This document shows positions 1-12,859 of a DNA stretch of 64,000 nucleotides, one piece after another (position 1 is the first letter of the stretch; every line of letters begins with the position of its first letter). The notes beneath the pieces are model-generated. The model saw only the letters and a list, made by a program, of their open reading frames with translations, searched no databases and was not told the origin of the DNA. The DNA comes from Camelus dromedarius (Eukaryota), in contig NC_087444.1 in assembly GCF_036321535.1 (NCBI RefSeq), positions 9,424,001 to 9,488,000 on the forward strand, in the 5' to 3' direction. Both the position numbers and the translations under genes were made by a program.

Positions 1-212
1 TTTGCTTATATTAAAGTAGACCTAAATTCCGTAGTCTGTTCATTATTTTCCAAGAGTCTTATACTCACCCCATGTGAGTGTAAGACTTTTAACTTCTTTT
101 ATCCCTTTCCATTGAACACTCCATGCCCTCCTATTTGGTCTAATTCTGGACTTTTGATCCATATCATGGCACCTCTTGAAGGCTGTTGGACTGTTTGGCA
201 AGGTCCCTGGAG

Positions 213-445
213 CAGTGGTTTACAGATTGTATGGTTTCACCATTATTAGGTTATCAGATTAATTTAATGGGCCTTAAATAGTTTTTGAAATTAAAATGGA
301 AAAGAATAGGCTATAAGATTGAATTTGATAGTCCTTACATTTGCAGTGTAGGTGTAAGAACTATGAGATTTTCATTGTGTGTGTGTGTGGTTGTGGTAAG
401 TGTATTAATTACTCTGGTTTGTGTTTGAGAAGTTTTAAAGCCTAG
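213..445. mobile_element. Non-autonomous hAT/Charlie-type DNA transposon (MITE), family not resolved
   Basis: Starts cagtggttt, has an AT-rich body with internal (TG)n, and resembles short ancient MER MITEs. A second cagggtttctta terminus follows at ~447. Confidence 0.45.
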
Positions 446-854
446 AGCAGGGTTTCTTAGGCTAGAGTCATCAAATAGACCATTTAAAAGGTAGATGGTA
501 ATGATGATATTAATAACAATACTGTGGACATCATTGTTTACTTAGATTGACTTTTGTAATATATATGTTCAAACATGCAACAAATATGTGTAAAGATTAG
601 GAATAAATTTATTATTCATTTTACTCTTATATGACTAAAAGTTTGTAAACTAAAGTAATAAAATTTAGACTAATAGCATTAATGTGGCATACATAACTCT
701 TTTCTTGAATTTAAACTGGCCAGGTGAGGTTTAATAATGTAAAGATTTATTGGCATCTTTTGATTTCCATTTCCTATTGATTTTATCTTTTAATTTTGAG
801 AATGTTGCATTATCCCTGAATCTCTGTCCAGGGCTTTGTAGCTGTTCTGCTTAC

Positions 855-950
855 CATGACACTTCCTGCTGATGAACTGCTGCAGCCGGAATGCTCCTGA
901 AAGGGCAGCTGCTCTCTGTGACTCCCAGTTTGCACACGACACTTACTGCA
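855..950 (-). other. Candidate first exon of a minus-strand gene (5'UTR + ATG only); the gene body would lie left of the window
   Basis: Minus strand reads cagcaggaagtgtcATG|gtaagc (donor after 855), with a second donor GCA|gtaagt at 947. Sits in a GC/CpG-richer non-repeat patch with ETS and E-box motifs. Confidence 0.35.
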
Positions 951-1365
951 CTTGTGAGGGCCACTCTGTTTATGCGGGTTTAACGTGCTTATGCACTCTG
1001 TACCTCTACGGTGTCTCCATTCTGTGATCACTTTTTTCTATTAAACTCTTGAAAAATGTCTGTTTTGTATCATTTCTTAACTTTGACTTCATTTGACTCT
1101 CCTTGAGAGCAAATTCAGTAAAGACAAAAAACAAAGATAATACAGGCAATAAAATTCTAGGTCAAAACTAAGGTGAAAAATGGTCACAGGATGGTAGAAG
1201 ACATGATTAAATTTAGCTCCTTTTTCACTTCTCTTTGAAAGGAAAAACACAAAGTTTAAAACTTATCGTAGAACTTCCCAGAGTATATTCATGGAGCTCA
1301 AGAAGTCCTTAGACCCCAGTGTGGAGAATTTTCCCTGGAAAATTTCTCCAACTTTTTGGACTGCA

Positions 1366-1366
1366 G

Positions 1367-1401
<35 letters not shown>

Positions 1402-1402
1402 T
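1366..1402. repeat. (TG)n microsatellite
   Basis: Direct reading of the gtgtgt run, with one interruption. Confidence 0.95.
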
Positions 1403-3194
1403 GAATCACATACATAAAAATAATCTGTGACAATGAAAATATTGAAAGAAACAAAATGGTGATAATGCATGAATTTATGTGTTCAAAATTAACAATACCA
1501 TCAATTGTCCTAAAATATATTAACCAATAAAAAAAATTAAAAAAAACATCACTACCAACACAAGATAGCAGTTATGATGCTTGTAATAAAATGTTCTTTT
1601 AAAAATTTATTAGAATCTAAATAATTTGTAATAACATATGTACACAGTGGACTTTGTAAAATGGTTAAGTATTATACGGAGGATACTAAATTGCAATGCT
1701 AAGTAAACTCTACTCCCTAATTTTAATTTGTGAATGCCAAACCTACTAATACTTTGAGCACATTACTAGTTTAGCCCTCAAGTGAACATGAAAATGAAAA
1801 CCAAGGCAAAGTGTATGAAACTACAGGGAGTATTTTTAGAAATCAGTTTGAGCCTTAGGAGCTCACGTGGGTGGTGAACTATACCTTAGGAAACATTCCA
1901 CTAAAAGTTTGAATATAATATTAGAAATAGGTACAAATTTACCAGCCTTTAGAGAGGTAAAAAAGATTGTTCTACATGAAAACATAAAATTGACCTATAG
2001 TCAGTCAGTTCTGGAGTGCACAGCTAAGAAACAAATCGTACAATCCAGCGTCCCATCTGATGCAAACAGGAAAATCACTGTCCCTAACGTAAGCACAACT
2101 GTTAAGATTATGATTAGGAATCATAGTTTGTAAGATCATTAAAGAAAAAAATCCTCTCCTGGTTTTTGACAACTTTTTGAAATTCCTTTTGAGATGAATC
2201 ATATTGACAATATATTTCAATTGAGTCTCTTTTTAGCTTGAAAAACTATTATGTACCTGAAAACAAAAAAATAAATTTTTTTTTTGCTTCTACGCATTTA
2301 TTTATTTGTTGGTTTTTAGATAGGAAAAATTTTTCAAAGGAAGTGAGTCACTCTTTCTTAATATTTATCCGTCTTGGAAATATCCTTAGCTTACTAAAAA
2401 TAGTGTTTTAGAGAGGCTATTCCATATTTTCTCTTTTAGAAGGATGATTTTTAAATTTAATGTTTTTGAGCAAATAGGAGATAATATCAAATGGAATCTC
2501 ACTTCCTTCTTTGTCAGAGATTTTAATACTGAGCCACATTGCATTGCTTCCTTGCTGTGATTTTCCTTGGAAAAGAGCACATTTACTTCATAAGTATGAT
2601 TTTTTCCTGAAGTTTAGAGTTTAGAAATAAAGGGCCCTAATTCCAAAAGAAAAATGTTTCTTAACTATGTAATATGTTTTCAGACTATGCCAGGCTACAG
2701 GGGAGAATACCAGAAAAGGTACAGTGTAATTGCTTGGCATTTTCAAATTGCATCATACTTTTAAAATGACACTTAAAGGAAAACTTGATGGATAAGGATA
2801 TTCCAGTTGGAAAAAATTAATGGTAATTCTGTGTGCTTTTGCATTTGTGCATGCTAGATAAAAACAAATTTTACCATTTCTTAAAGCTTCAAAGACTGTA
2901 CACAAACAAACAATAATATACTTAGCAAATTATTTCAAAATATTTCTTGATTCAACCTCTAAGTTCTAACCCAATTTAGGAATTCTTAGGTGATATATAT
3001 ATTTATTGTTTCAATTGGAGTTAACATGGCTTGAGTCAAATATACTTCAGAGTGCAGGATAAATTGGAACATTTAGTTTAGCTTTCAGGGGTTTACAGAA
3101 AGGAATTTGTTTTTTCAGGATGTCTTGTTGGAGCCCAACTGTAATAGACATATTTCTGCTGGTCAAGCACATTACTGAATTTAATTTTTATAAA

Positions 3195-3330
3195 AATCTT
3201 CTGAGGTGGGTTACATAATCTCCGTTTGACAAATTAGAAAGCTAAGGAAGTTTGGTAAGGTTAAGCTACTCACCCAAGGTCATATAACAAGTTAAGAGGA
3301 AGAGCCAGGATTTGATTTTTGACTGATTCT
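3195..3330 (-). mobile_element. MIR SINE fragment
   Basis: ggttaagctactcacccaaggtcatataacaag...gagccaggatttga matches the reversed MIR core. Confidence 0.75.
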
Positions 3331-3899
3331 AAATACATGCAATAAAAGAAGCTTTACTTATGAAATACTAAAAGTTTTGTAATTACAATGAGTAATTAAA
3401 TGTATTCTGAATGATGTTTAAATATGACTTCTGGTTGTTTGATTCTATTTAATACTGAGTGATTTCGGGAACTAATGTATATCAGCAAGTATGGATTTCT
3501 CATAAAAGAAAGAAAGCAAAATTGAGTGATGAGAGTAGAGTATCCTCAGCATTTATTTCCTTCATTCAGGAAGCATTTATATGAATGCCGTTTATGAGTT
3601 TAATCTATAGGGACTCCCCTAAGGAAGTAATTCTTATCTAAGAATAATTTTTAAGTACAAAAAAATACAAAAACAATTTGAATTTTCAAAAGATATGGAT
3701 TGAATAAATACATTTATATATGTTCAATATGTAAATACATAATTTAAACTTAGAAATATATTCATATATATTAACATGTAATATGTACATTTTTTATTTA
3801 TTAAACTTCATTTCAGTCTTTGTTCTAAAGTTAGCTTTTTAGAGTGGACTTCTCTATTCTTTACCACATAATGGCTCTAGAGTCTTAGGTTGTATTATA

Positions 3900-4160
3900 G
3901 AAGTTGAATCATTGTCACAAGAAATTTTAAAATCCCTGTTTGAAATAGGATATTCCCTTACTCTGTTTTATTTCCTGTTACTTATAATAGCTTGACATTG
4001 TATTACCCATGAATTTGCTTACATGTTTGATATTTCCCTTACTAGAATGTAAGTTTCAGGATGGCAGGAAGTTTGTCTGCTTTGTTCATTCCTGAGTATC
4101 TGTCATTTAGGCAAGTCCCTGGACACAGACTTAGGAAATATTTACTGAAAAAATGAATGC
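3900..4160 (+). mobile_element. L2 LINE 3' end
   Basis: actagaatgtaagtttcaggatggcagg...aaatatttactgaaaaaatgaatg is the typical L2 terminus. Confidence 0.8.
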
Positions 4161-4169
4161 AATGGATAC

Positions 4170-4740
4170 ACAGATTGCTTTTGGGGAATAGAAGAAAGGT
4201 ACCTAACCAGCCTGCAAACCCAGGGCATGTTTGATCAGAAAAGTTTTCCCAGAGGAAATTATGCTTGAGCTAAAAAAAAAAAAAACAACTGGAATTAGAG
4301 GAAAGAAAGGTCCTGAATCAATAGTGATACCAGTCCGTGTATATGTTTGATCTTACCTAGAAGCCCTATGATCTGGGTGACATGGTTCGGAAGTCTTTCT
4401 ATGGGTTGCAGATGGCTGTGCGATAAAGATGGCAAAGCAAGCAAACTGAGTGTTAAAGCAAGAAAGTATTTGACTTTGGGAGGTCAGGGGGTCAAAGCTA
4501 GTTAGTGAAGGAGATGAAGCCAGGAAGGAGCTGATAATATAGAAGAAAATGGAGGTGTTAGTGGATTGAAAAGCTCAGTAAGGTCAAAGATACCTAAGAT
4601 ACCTTTGAATTTTGGAGATTATGATTGAGATATGGAATAGACTTGTGATGACAAAGCCAGGGTGGGTCATGGATGTGGCTGGCTACAGTGAGTTGAGTTT
4701 GAAGGTTAATGGAATCTATTTTGAGGACATTCTAAAATAC
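4170..4740 (-). mobile_element. L2 LINE fragment
   Basis: Purine-rich decayed sequence typical of antisense L2. Confidence 0.55.
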
Positions 4741-4929
4741 TAACTATATAGATTTAGTGAAAATTTAGAAATTCCTTTTAGAAGTAGATGCCTATATGTA
4801 AAGAAGTTGTTAGACGTATTTCAAAAATAAGGTAAAATGCAACGAATTTTTTTATTTTTGAATTCTCTATGTCCTTTACTTCTAAATATCTTTTACCATA
4901 TTCCTGTATATAAAATCTATTTCAGTAAT

Positions 4930-6500
4930 TCAATTTATTACTATTTCTCAGAGCCTATTATATGGCATGGGGGATACAAAGATAAATATGATACAATCTC
5001 TTATTTTAGTAAACTGGTTTAGACTAACACTAGTTAAGACAGTCAAACAGCACTATAAGAGGTTTGCATTGTTTTGGACGTGTAAAATAAGCAGTCGGCA
5101 CACCAGTTGGGAGAACCGGGGAAGATGTCAGGAAAATTATATTTAAATGGCATCTTAAAGAATACATAGAATTTCATCAGTCACATAGGATGAAGTAGAA
5201 TTTCAGAAGGAGACAAATCCTGAGAGAAAGCACTGGAGAAAAATGTGAGAGGTATTTGGGAAGAAAGAATAAGCAATCTACATGGAGACGGGATGCCCTT
5301 AAATATATAGGGTGTAGAGACATAGAGCTGGAAAAGTAAACTAGGTAGAGAATCAGGCTACAGGAACGAGAGTTTGGACTTAAGCGAGTCTCTGGAGGTT
5401 TTCAAGATGGCTAGTGACATGATCAGCAAAATGTAAAATGGATAAGAAAGCAGATTAAAAGCAGGACAACAGACTGGGAAGTTACCGCAGCAGTTCCACA
5501 AAGGAAAAATAAAAGCCTGAACCAGAATAATAGAGTTATGAGTGGAGGAAGGTATTGATGTGAGAAATAATATGGTGATTTGTAGACATGGTAAATATTT
5601 AGTTGTGGGGGCAATTGGAGATCAGGGCATTAAAAACAATAGCTCCTAGATTTTAACTGGAACAGTAGTGGTACTTTGACAGAAATAGGAAAATGAATGG
5701 AAAAGTAATATAATTAATGAGTTTGATTCTGTCTGACAATTTAAAATGCTATAGATAATAAAAGTAGGGGAGTACAGTATACAGTTTAAATCTTGAGCTG
5801 GGAATTGAGGATTGGGGCCATAGTTAGGGTTTCAGATTCAGGTGTCATCTGCATAGAGAGCATAGTCAAAAAGTTTAAAATATTTGGAATCAGTTAGTAG
5901 ACTGCAGAGAGGGCTAAAAACACATCTTTGATGAGAGAAGTTACCATGGGAAGACTGAAGGAAGAAGAGGGTCCAGTGCTGGAGATAACCGAGGAGTGTT
6001 TGGAAAGAAGAGGTGAAAATGGTGGCATTGTGACCAAGAAGCCAAACAGGGAGAGATTTCAAGAAGGAGGGCATGACTGGTGATTAGGAGGTCAGTAGTA
6101 GTTTGCAGAGAATAATTTCAATGCAATATTTAATAAAGCTGCTAAATAGTACAGGTCCACATTGAATCGTGATCACAAGAGATGAATTTAAGGAGTAAAT
6201 AAATTCTGAGAAAGTGGAGGCATCAAGATATGCTCTATTTCCATAATTTTGGCAGCAAAGTAGGAAGACAGATGGTGTAGAAACTTGAAATAGTAGTGTC
6301 ACAAAGAGGAAATGAAGAAATTGAACATGTCTGCCACCTAGAGAGGAAGGAACTACGTAGTACGGAGGAAAAGAATGAACATGAAAATGAAACTAGAATT
6401 AGGGAATTCAGACTTGAAAGAGGTCAAGAGTGCTGGCAAGAAAGAAATTGTTACACAGAAGTAGGTTATAGTTATCAGATATACAAAAAGAGAAGTATAA
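4930..6500 (-). mobile_element. L2 LINE, long decayed fragment
   Basis: Starts at the L2 3' end (ggggatacaaagataaat...) and continues through G/A-rich L2 body motifs (agatttaact, ggtggtactttgacagaaataggaaa, gtgtcatctgcatagag). Confidence 0.7.
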
Positions 6501-6589
6501 ATGCCAGTAATAATTGATATGTTAAGGAAACCCATCCTAATTGCGGTAATCAATGAAAAAAATTAATATTTACCTAAAGGTTGCTGTTT

Positions 6590-6780
6590 GCCAGAAACTG
6601 CTTAATGGTTTACATGTACTGACTCATTTAATCTTTCCAACAGCTCTGTGGTGTATATAGCATACATAGTCTGATTTTAAACATAGGAAAAAGAAGCTTT
6701 AGAAAACACAACTTGTTCAGGGTTCTTATTGAAAAGTAGGTCAGTGAATCAAATCTAGTAAGAGTCTGTTTCCAAAGGTG
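6590..6780 (-). mobile_element. MIR SINE
   Basis: ctcatttaatctttccaacagctctg...caacttgttcagggt...gaatcaaatctag. Confidence 0.65.
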
Positions 6781-7491
6781 GGTAGGTTGAAAACTTGAGG
6801 TCATAAGGGATTTCTCAGCAGCCGTGGTGATTCACTTAGATAGTATGGCTTGTTAGTATTGTGTTTAGTCTGGTTTTGTGACTTTTTCCAGAAGAATTTG
6901 GCAGCCTTAGGAGAGCGAACATAGTAGAGAATTCCAGGAATTGCAAAGAAAATATTGCAAAAGAACAGAGGGAAAGATAATTCTAAGATGAGATTTAAAA
7001 TATACTTGCAATGACTGATACTGGAGTCCAATCTGGGGTGGAAAAAAAGAGAAGCCTTAAGAAGAGAACAGCTGATTGGAAGCACAGGAAATAATCAAAG
7101 GTCTGGACTTCACAAGAAGGACCGAGACAGAGTTAATTGGTATGAGAGGATGAAAAACTCTGTTCAGAAGGGTTTCATTCCTTCAAAAATATTTAAGTGC
7201 CAAATAGATGCCACTGTGATAAGCCCTGGATGTACACAGGTTTTGCTTGACAGAATAGGTTTAATATGGCTGAAACAGGTTGGAAATGGGGGTTGCTGTA
7301 GTCATGGTCATGGAGCTAAAGAACGTGAGGCCAGGGATAGGCAGGAATTGTAGTCAGCACATAATATTAACCACTGAGCTGACGAGGTTGATGATGCTAA
7401 CTCTTCAAAGTCTAAACAAAATATAGTTTTCTTTTGCTATTTATCAAAGAAAAACAATTCTTAAAATTATTTTGTGAATTTATAGTTTTGT

Positions 7492-7697
7492 ATTTTTTTA
7501 TCAAAGTATAGTTGATTTACAGTGTTGTGTTAGTTTCAGGTGTACAGCAAAGTGATTCAGTTATACACACACACATACATATATATATATATGTATTCTT
7601 TTTCAGATTTTTTCCATTACAGGTTATTACAAGATATTGAATATAGTCCCCTGTGTTATACAGTAGGTCCTTGTTGTTTATCTGTTTTATATGCAGT
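7492..7697 (-). mobile_element. Artiodactyl-type L1 3' UTR, 5'-truncated
   Basis: aaagtatagttgatttacagtgttgtgttagtttcaggtgtacagcaaagtgattcagtt...cctgtgttatacagtaggtccttgttg. Confidence 0.9.
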
Positions 7698-10369
7698 CTT
7701 ATATATTTTTATACATGTACTTCCTAAGGGAATTTAGTATATGAAAAACTCATTGAAACAAAAAATATATATAGTTTTAATGGATGAGAAGTTTTTCAGA
7801 ATACTAATTCTTACATATCACAATAAATTATTTCTAGTTATTATTTTAAATGATTCTCTGATTATGATAAATATATGTACATGATTGTGTTTCACTCATC
7901 AATATACTGTAGACATAGCTGTACTTTGCTCTATTTTTCTGGATTTAATTCCTTTGCTGGAGGGCTCTGGATACAAGAACAGGTTATCTCCTTTATTTCA
8001 CTAAAATCAGATTTTTTCAAACATTTCCCTTTCTGTAACAACTATTATTCACTAGAGAATATGGGCAATTGCGCAGTATTTCTGTTGAATCCGTCGTCAT
8101 TATAGTTTGCCAAGTGACAGTTCTTTATATTGTATAGTCCACCATCACACACGTACCTGAAGGAACTGTCTAGGATCATCAAAACAGAAATAGAGGAAAT
8201 TAAAAAAAAACTTTGGATACTGGAGAGGATGTGGCCTGAGTAGATTGTAGCAGAGCATCAAAACGAATCATGTCAAGCACGAGAAGAAAATCTTGACTTT
8301 AAGAACCAGTCAGAAGTTATTTATAACATTTAGCAGGGTCATAGAGAGAAGAAAGGGACATTCCATCCTTCATTTCTAAAGATGCTGCTGGTCTACAATT
8401 CTCGAGAAAGAGAGGAAGAGAATGAGTTTTCAATTTCTAATTTTTAAGTAACTTGGAATATATTGCTTATCCTTTAATATGTGGAGGAGAGCTAAATCTG
8501 TTTTAGCACTTGAATAAATGGTTGATACATACATGAAAACTGCATTACACTAAGCTGTGAACAGAATTGCCAAAAGCTGTTGGCCAGCAATGCAATTCAG
8601 TGATGACAAATGACTCTTTTCCAAAGAGATTTCCTTTTTTGGAAAATTGAAACTTGATGGCAGACAATTCAAGGCAAGTAACTAACCCCCCCCCAAATTC
8701 CAGAAAATAACTTACAATTTTAGAAATCAGCCATCCAGGAAAAATACAGCTGTTGTTATGAATGCTTCTCCCACTTGTTTAACTCTGCTCTCCACAGTCT
8801 CCCCAAACACCACCACCACCACCCAGCCAACATTGCAATAACTCACTGTCGGCCTGTGCTGGACACAGACAAAACTTGTAGTTTTTAAATGTAAAAGTAT
8901 GTAAAAAGTGAGGAGGCCTGAGGAGGTATTTGTTAAAAATTCTTGTGCTGTGATAAGATAAAACGAACCCTTCCAGTGATTTCCAGAACAGTTTTGGTAG
9001 TGAGGTTGTGGCAACAAGGGATTTGATGAGTGTGCACCCGTCACATCAGGTATTTTGCATATTTCAGAGTTTTTGTTTTTCCCTAGTAAGCCTTCGTTCA
9101 GCTACTTTTACACTTTGTGTACATTGTTCCAGTCACCAGGCTAAGTCTCCTTCCATACTGCAACACTCAAATGCAACCGAGGAGCCAGACAGCCCCCCTA
9201 GTTTTTAAATAGTGAGAGTAATCTGAAGGCAACCAAACATTCACTGGATTTTGATGGACTTCAAATGACTCCAGCTAAATTTACTGGAACATCACAATCT
9301 CATTAAAAGCAGCTGCTGAATAGGAATATCACTTAAGATACACTCAATGATGGACTCCAGCCAAATGTAATTTAATACACTGTATCCAGACTGGGTAGGG
9401 AAAACTGTTAACTCCTGCAGGTGTTATATTGCTAAAAGAGTTATTTCACTTTAGATCTATTTACTTCTTGGGGGAAGCCTCCAATTTGCTCTGTAAGGGT
9501 TCCCCTACAGATTTAAGAAAGTTACAAATTTCTCAGTGGGGAGCGATCATCAAGCTAATAATCTGTTTCTAGGGAGTAAATAAAGCATCTGAAAATGTGA
9601 CTGACTGCATCACAAGGGGGAGGCACGGTAAAAACTGTGATCACTGGCTTTCAGAATTGTGATTGGCCATTAATAGCTGAAATGGTAGCTGCAGTGAGTG
9701 TTTTGAAGGTAAGTTACAGCAGTCAGGATCTGTGAGAACACCCAACAGTTGTCTGAAAGTTATCTTTAAGGTTTAATGAATAATTCAAAACCAAAAATAA
9801 TCTGCTTCTGACTTGGAGCAGAGGACCACAGTTCTCAGCACTGCAACCAGGGAATGACCTATTCTCGTCATATTAACTTTATATGGGCTTCTTTTCCCTT
9901 CACTATCTGGTTAAATCAATAGTAACCAGTTAAAGACCAAGGGAAAACTCGTATTCCCACATATCTTCCGTTTTCTAAGTAGCGTAGGAATAGAGCTGAA
10001 TTTAGAATGCCTTCTCCTCGAGGAGCCCAGGGAGGTATAGCTGTCTTCTCCCTGTGAATTTTAGGTGATTCTTTGACTGGTAAATTAATTCCTCAGAAAA
10101 TAGGGTTTAAGCTCCCTTGGAGAAATGACTTTTATAGCCACAGTTCCTCTTACTTCTGTGCTAAATACATCTTATTTCTATGTCATTGCTAAATTTTTAA
10201 ATTGAAACAAATATACATTTATAAATGACATGAACCTAAGTTTAATTAAAAGCCTAGCAATCGAGAAAATTCAAATCGGGATACAAATGATGGGTTTCAA
10301 TATTTCCGACTGCGCATTGCCTAGTAAGTATGCTCGTATTTTATCTCATGTGTTTTATATTACCAAGTA

Positions 10370-10520
10370 GATCATTGAAGAGGTAATCTGTTTTAGTGCC
10401 TTCATTATGCATGTAAGAAAACTGAGGCCCAATGAAGTTAAATAGTTTTGCATAGTGAAAAAGAATAGTAAAAGGAAAGCTGGGTCTAGGACATAGAATC
10501 CTTTGGTTCTAGACTAATAA
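10370..10520 (-). mobile_element. MIR SINE fragment
   Basis: gaaaactgaggcccaatgaagttaaatagttttgcatag. Confidence 0.65.
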
Positions 10521-12489
10521 TCTTTGAATAATTATAAGGGATTCCTGCCATATTTTAAAAGAAGATGATAAAACCATGGGAAAACCTCACATTTTCCTGG
10601 TCCCACAAACTTGAGCAAGAATGAATCTCTTATCCTAAGATGATTATTACACAATGCTCTTGTCAAAAGCTAAGCTTTTGACAAAAGAAACGGAAATCTA
10701 CTTCCGTCATTTAGAAGTCTGACAGCTAGACTCACTTGACTTCCAGTGATATTCACTACCATCAGTGACCAGATTCTTTGCACCATGAGAGAATAGCATT
10801 TTTTGAGAAAGACCGTGTCTGATTTTGTTGCATAGCATTGTTTCTTTACCTTATCCCTCATCCAAAAGAAGCTTCAACTCTGCAGCTTATTGAGTGCCTG
10901 TAATGTAAAACTACATTCTGAATGGACTGTAAACAGTATAAATTTAATACTTTGTCCTTAACAATTTATCAACAACATAAATAGCAAAAGATATACATAT
11001 GAACTAAACTAAATATATGAAGTAAACTAAAAATCATGGTCAACTGTGTCACTTTCTGGCTTTCTTCTCTGATAAGCATTTTACATGTTTTTTAATGTTT
11101 TGTCTTGCCAGTGTTTCCTTAGATTGTAAAGTCTGGAGGGTTTGGGACCATATTTAAATAATTCTCTTTGTAGAAACCCTGAAATAGCACAATGCAAAAT
11201 TAGTACTTTAAAATTCTTTTTGGTACAGGAGTGAGGTTATGTCTGAATCTCTGATAGAAATCTCCCCAATTTCCACATTACATAACTGCTATATTTAAAG
11301 CTTCTAATATGGAGCAATTAGTAAGAACTAAGACTCAGAACTTAGAATTCTAGTGAGCATTTTTTTCCAGGCACAATCTAGAAAGAATGTTCACATTATA
11401 GAGTTACTGGCATTGTGGTATTAAAATATTTGAAAAGAAAACAGCACAATGGCATAGCAACTCATAATGGCAATATTTTATGAATCTCATTATTTCATGC
11501 ATAGCTTCCCTGTGAGTAGAGGCATTATAAATCTAGTCAATGATTTACTCAGGAACTCAGTGGGTATTCTTTGAACAAAACAGAAGCAAATATCTGGCAG
11601 GGCAAAGGCATAATCTCTTGCAGCTTAAAATATATAAGGTTATATTTGGTAAATAGCAATAGAATATAGGAGGAAAGGTTAGTACGATATTAGAATGGGA
11701 TTTTTAATTTAAATGGAGGAAAAAAGTAACCCAGGAGAGTCAATACCGGAAGAACAATACTCAAATCTGGAACTATGCGCTGAGGTCTCGTGGCAAATTA
11801 GGCTCTGTAGTAAAACACATGAATGACTGGAATTGTGTGGATGTGTTCCTTGCCCTTGGTAGGGAGAAAAAGGATTTACTTTAAGGACTCCTCTGACATG
11901 TCTGCCTCCTTAACTATAATACAACGAACGGAAAGAAGTGACATTAACATGTTCCGGGCTTTTACTTTTACACGTGTTACCCAGTTTTAACCTCACAACA
12001 GTCCTGCAGGGTTGTCAGGTGGCACCAAATACTAATTGAACACTTATTGTAAGAAGACAGTGAGTGATGAGATACAGACACAGTTACTGTTTTGAGTAGC
12101 TAATGCAAAACAAACAAACAAACAAAAATGTAATTGCCCAGCTCTTAGAGAGGAGAAAATAATCTTGGCTAAATCAGATTTAAGAGCCAACACAAAACCA
12201 GCAGTATGAGTTGCTGAGGGAGGATTTTAATTTGATTCTAGAGATTTATTTGAGGCTTCACAGTACTCTAAAATTGTGTGATTTCAGATTGTTTCCTTGC
12301 TCTCTCCCATATTTTGAATCTCAACCTTACTTAAATAGATAATTTTACAAGATATTTTATTTAAAGGTTCAGGTTATATTGTTATTTTCTTATTGAATGC
12401 ATGCTATTAATATTAAAAATATCACAAGTAGTGAAGCTTTGACAGTGAGGCATGACAGGCCGTCAGCTAGGAGAGAAAGGGAGGTTATT

Positions 12490-12858
12490 GAACACCTCTT
12501 GGTTCTGCTTGGAATTCTCTTGGCCCACATATTTATTCTAGTTATTGCTCTGGCAGTAGGCTGTGCACATAGAACCTGGCAGCATATTTTCTTGGCTGCA
12601 TCACTTGACTTTTATGATTTTCCTGCCTTGGTGCTTCTCTGTTATCTTTTGAAATGCCTACGGGAACCCACTCAGACATTTGGACTTACGTATGTGCAAA
12701 TCTGGAAACACAGGTTTAACACTGCCAATATTAACCAATGGGAGACCTAAGCCAGAGGATAAATACTCCTCTCTCCATCCCTTATGTAAGCAGATTGAAG
12801 TGCATTCAGCATGGCTTCTCAGAGGGTCTTCAGGAAGTTTGAGCCCCAGTTACCATTC
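12490..12858 (+). mobile_element. ERVL solo LTR, LTR16-like
   Basis: ttaaccaatgggagacc...ggataaatactcc...ggcttctcagagggtcttcaggaagtttgagccccagttacc resembles the LTR16 family core. Confidence 0.65.
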
Positions 12859-12859
12859 A

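Noticed and set aside
855-857. Assigning the ATG-only exon to a named gene (FYB1, MYL1, GUCY1B1, alpha-tubulin considered)
   Set aside because: The neighbouring exons or genes expected upstream for those loci are not visible in the window, so no symbol can be supported.
4357-4415. Minus-strand 59-nt exon-like segment (gcacag|...TAG|gtaaga) with two open frames
   Set aside because: It lies inside a decayed antisense L2, whose pyrimidine-rich strand readily produces such signals.
10736-10820. Minus-strand exon candidate ending CAA|gtgagt with two open frames
   Set aside because: The acceptor lacks a polypyrimidine tract (caacaaaatcag) and the peptides are unrecognisable.
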